NCBI GenBank assembly: GCA_050951545.1
Contig: JBMNJG010000009.1
Span: 32,001-96,000 of the forward strand
DNA length: 64,000 nucleotides
Origin: Limnochordia bacterium
GTDB lineage: Bacteria; Bacillota; Limnochordia; DTU080
Reading direction: 5' to 3'
A program made the translations under genes and the position numbers. Below are positions 61,678 to 64,000 of this stretch, piece after piece. Position 1 is the first letter of the stretch; each line of letters starts with the position of its first letter. The notes below the pieces were generated by a model. It was not told the origin of the DNA. It did not search any database and saw only the letters and a program-made list of their open reading frames with translations.

Positions 61678-63642
61678 TCAGCGAAGGGCCACACAGGCAT
61701 AGGTCTGCAACTGCGGAACCGCGAAATGCAGTCCAACGTCATCACGGATGACAGCCAGCGAACTACCTGATAGGGAAGCGTCGTCAGGCGTGTACAGCGT
61801 CGCTCGGACATTGTGTGCCAGCGCGAGCGCCAACGTGACTGCCACCTTCTTGGGCGGGCCATCGTTGTCGTAATTCACCAAGTGTAGCACCACGGCCCCT
61901 GAACGCGTTTCATACAGATCTGCTGCTACATAGCCCTCTGCGCCTACCGTTAGTGGCAACGAGTTGCGGCTCACCCTGTGCACTGCCGAGACCATCTCCT
62001 CCCAACGAGGAGGCAGGTGAGGGACATAATTCACCTCTGGCTTGCGATCACTCCCCAAGGCCCTGATGCCTCGCAGTGCGTCCGGCAGATAGGCTACGTT
62101 TTCCCTGTCGCAAAGATGCTCCAGAGCACAACCTAGACGCTGCCGCAACCTCTCATCGTAGATGCCTGTGGGACCGGCAATCACTAGACCGCCTCCCGCG
62201 GCGACATACTCCTCAAACAAGGCCACTTCAGCATCACTCAAACACGTCTGCCCCGCCAAGATGATCACATCGTAGTCATGAATGCGTTCTCTCTGACCCG
62301 AGGGCACGATATCATGCGGAATCTGCCGCCATATCAGGGCTTGCTCGAAGCCTACCAGGCCGGGATAGGCAGTCTTGGCGTTAAGCGTCATTGACGCATA
62401 CGACCAGTACAAGGCCACATTGGCCAAGCTCTTGGTGTTCTGCCAAAGTTCCTCATGATCGCGGTAAAACTGCATGTACTGTTTCATGGGGGCATAGATC
62501 TCGGGGCGTTCGAAGTAAGCCCCGTCAGGCGGTGTGCCTGGTCTTAGAGCCCAAGTGCCAGCAATGACCTGGCCACCGTAGGCGCCATGTTCGGCCAGAT
62601 CAAGCTTGACCTCCGCCGCACTCTCAGCACGCCGCAGACCCGGTTTCTCCGGGTCACGAAACCATGATGTCGACAGACCAACACGCTCCACGGCCTGGGC
62701 CATCTTCAGCGGTCGGACGCGGTTGATGACTCCTTCATTGCCGTGCACATGAGGCAGGTCCCAGTTTTCCAGAATGATCAGATCGGGCCGATATCCGTCA
62801 GGCCGTTCCATCGACGAATCGCTTAGATAGGTGGCCACAATCGCCTCGGGATTGAGCTCCTTGACGTAATCGTGCAGACGAAATAAACGCTCATCCTTGA
62901 CGACGTTGCGAAAAGCCACCAGCTCCTGGTAAAGAGGATCTCGTGGGTTACTAGCTGGACAAATACGAACGAAGTCTAAGCAGCCAATGCCGAAGCGTTC
63001 CTCTATCTCCCTTCGAGGCACTTGTGCGTACTTCTGGTTAAGGTACTCCCGAAACCTCTGCTGGCATCGCTCACAGTGGCAATCATAGGTACCACCGTCC
63101 CATTCAATGCCATCGAGCTTGGCCTCTACCAGTGCCTGGTGTACGCTCTTTTTCAGATACTCAATGTGCTCGTCGCAGGTAGCGCACGCCAGCCAGCGCC
63201 AATATGCCCCACCGTAGGTGATCTTGGTACCGTTAGCATCAACCATAGCCCACTCGTCGAGATTGGGCACTTCCCTAAGCATGGTCTCGTAGATGATAGT
63301 AGTCAGTTGGTGGTAGCCTAATACGCGGATACCGTAGCGATGGCAGAGCTCCGCGAAGGCCGCTGTCTTCTCCATCTCCTCCACGCCCGATTCAATGCCG
63401 AAGCCCTTGAAGAAACATGTGGTAACCAGATTCACTCCGAGCTCAGCTAACTTGGCGACGATCTCTTCTGAATGCATGCGCTCGTAGTATTGGGTGTTCC
63501 AGCGCGCATTCCATACACCTATAGGGCCTGCGTTGCCGCCTTGACGTCGGTAATGTGCCATGGGCTCCCACAGGGCCCATACCCAGCGCAGTTTCCCTTG
63601 CTGCACCCAATCTGGGACTTGGCTATCCAGCTTGGATCTCAC
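61678..63642 (-). CDS. Paralogous putative glycoside hydrolase with trimerisation-like domain
   Basis: WEP..HYRR, FFKGFG, GIRVLGY, DGIEWD, CHCERC, WALRP, LSDAE, HLVNY. Confidence 0.7.
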   Translation of the reverse strand: MRSKLDSQVPDWVQQGKLRWVWALWEPMAHYRRQGGNAGPIGVWNARWNTQYYERMHSEEIVAKLAELGVNLVTTCFFKGFGIESGVEEMEKTAAFAELCHRYGIRVLGYHQLTTIIYETMLREVPNLDEWAMVDANGTKITYGGAYWRWLACATCDEHIEYLKKSVHQALVEAKLDGIEWDGGTYDCHCERCQQRFREYLNQKYAQVPRREIEERFGIGCLDFVRICPASNPRDPLYQELVAFRNVVKDERLFRLHDYVKELNPEAIVATYLSDSSMERPDGYRPDLIILENWDLPHVHGNEGVINRVRPLKMAQAVERVGLSTSWFRDPEKPGLRRAESAAEVKLDLAEHGAYGGQVIAGTWALRPGTPPDGAYFERPEIYAPMKQYMQFYRDHEELWQNTKSLANVALYWSYASMTLNAKTAYPGLVGFEQALIWRQIPHDIVPSGQRERIHDYDVIILAGQTCLSDAEVALFEEYVAAGGGLVIAGPTGIYDERLRQRLGCALEHLCDRENVAYLPDALRGIRALGSDRKPEVNYVPHLPPRWEEMVSAVHRVSRNSLPLTVGAEGYVAADLYETRSGAVVLHLVNYDNDGPPKKVAVTLALALAHNVRATLYTPDDASLSGSSLAVIRDDVGLHFAVPQLQTYACVALR

Positions 63643-63709
63643 AGGCAATTCCTCCCTGCTCCGTAGGAGGGCGTCTCGTCGACGCCCTCTCACATCATGA
63701 GCCTCATGG

Positions 63710-64000
63710 TTAGTTCTTAGACCAGGCCTGCTGCAGTATAGCTTCTAGCAGCGGGTGCATGGTTTCTAGAACGATCTGCGGCGAGCTCTCTCCCCTCACG
63801 ATCTTAATGAGGTACTCCTTCTGCAGCTTGTCTACTTCACTGTAGCTCGGAGGTGAGGGTTGGACCACCGTACGCTCGAAGGACTCCAAAATGGCTCTCC
63901 GGTTCTGGAATGAATCTGGGGTGAAGTTCAGATTCCTAGCCCTGGCGTCGAACTTGAGGAAGTAGTCGCGTAGCGCACCTAACCCAGCAGGACTTAAGCC
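63710..64000 (-). CDS. 3' end of a probable substrate-binding protein, truncated by the window edge
   Basis: Open frame ...IVRGESSPQIVLETMHPLLEAILQQAWSKN-stop, resembling the SBP C-terminus at 48878. Confidence 0.6.
   Translation of the reverse strand, partial: GLSPAGLGALRDYFLKFDARARNLNFTPDSFQNRRAILESFERTVVQPSPPSYSEVDKLQKEYLIKIVRGESSPQIVLETMHPLLEAILQQAWSKN

Noticed and set aside
1-64000. rRNA, tRNA, prophage genes and the many short overlapping ORFs
   Set aside because: No RNA-gene or phage motifs were recognised; the short ORFs are shadows of longer genes in GC-rich DNA.

Overview
GC-rich bacterial chromosomal window, most consistent with a diderm Firmicute such as a Limnochordia-like lineage. 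This is inferred from Gram-positive-type LexA boxes and GGAGG RBSs together with a YjbH-like barrel protein. It is dominated by carbohydrate-utilisation genes: six sugar-binding proteins with no permeases, GH106/GH2/GH39-like and other TIM-barrel glycosidases, ROK and LacI regulators, and SDR, enolase-family and aldolase enzymes. It also carries a tryptophanase-family lyase, an ABC-2 exporter and an ARE-like ABC-F with a leader uORF. Two accessory islands (about 21.8-24.9 kb and 44.4-48.9 kb) stand out. Each carries a paralog of an uncharacterised tandem-wHTH + Vsr/DUF559-like nuclease gene, preceded by a Firmicutes SOS (Cheo) box and lying next to a shared family of ~150-bp imperfect-TIR/palindromic elements. 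One island also holds a 3x ~255-bp mosaic tandem array and a class IIC group II intron, inserted behind a terminator, whose RT N-terminal half is inverted. The other holds an IS21 remnant. Clustered single-base indels at 43.7-44.2 kb and 47.8-48.1 kb may be assembly errors. All assignments are from motif recognition only; no database searches were run.
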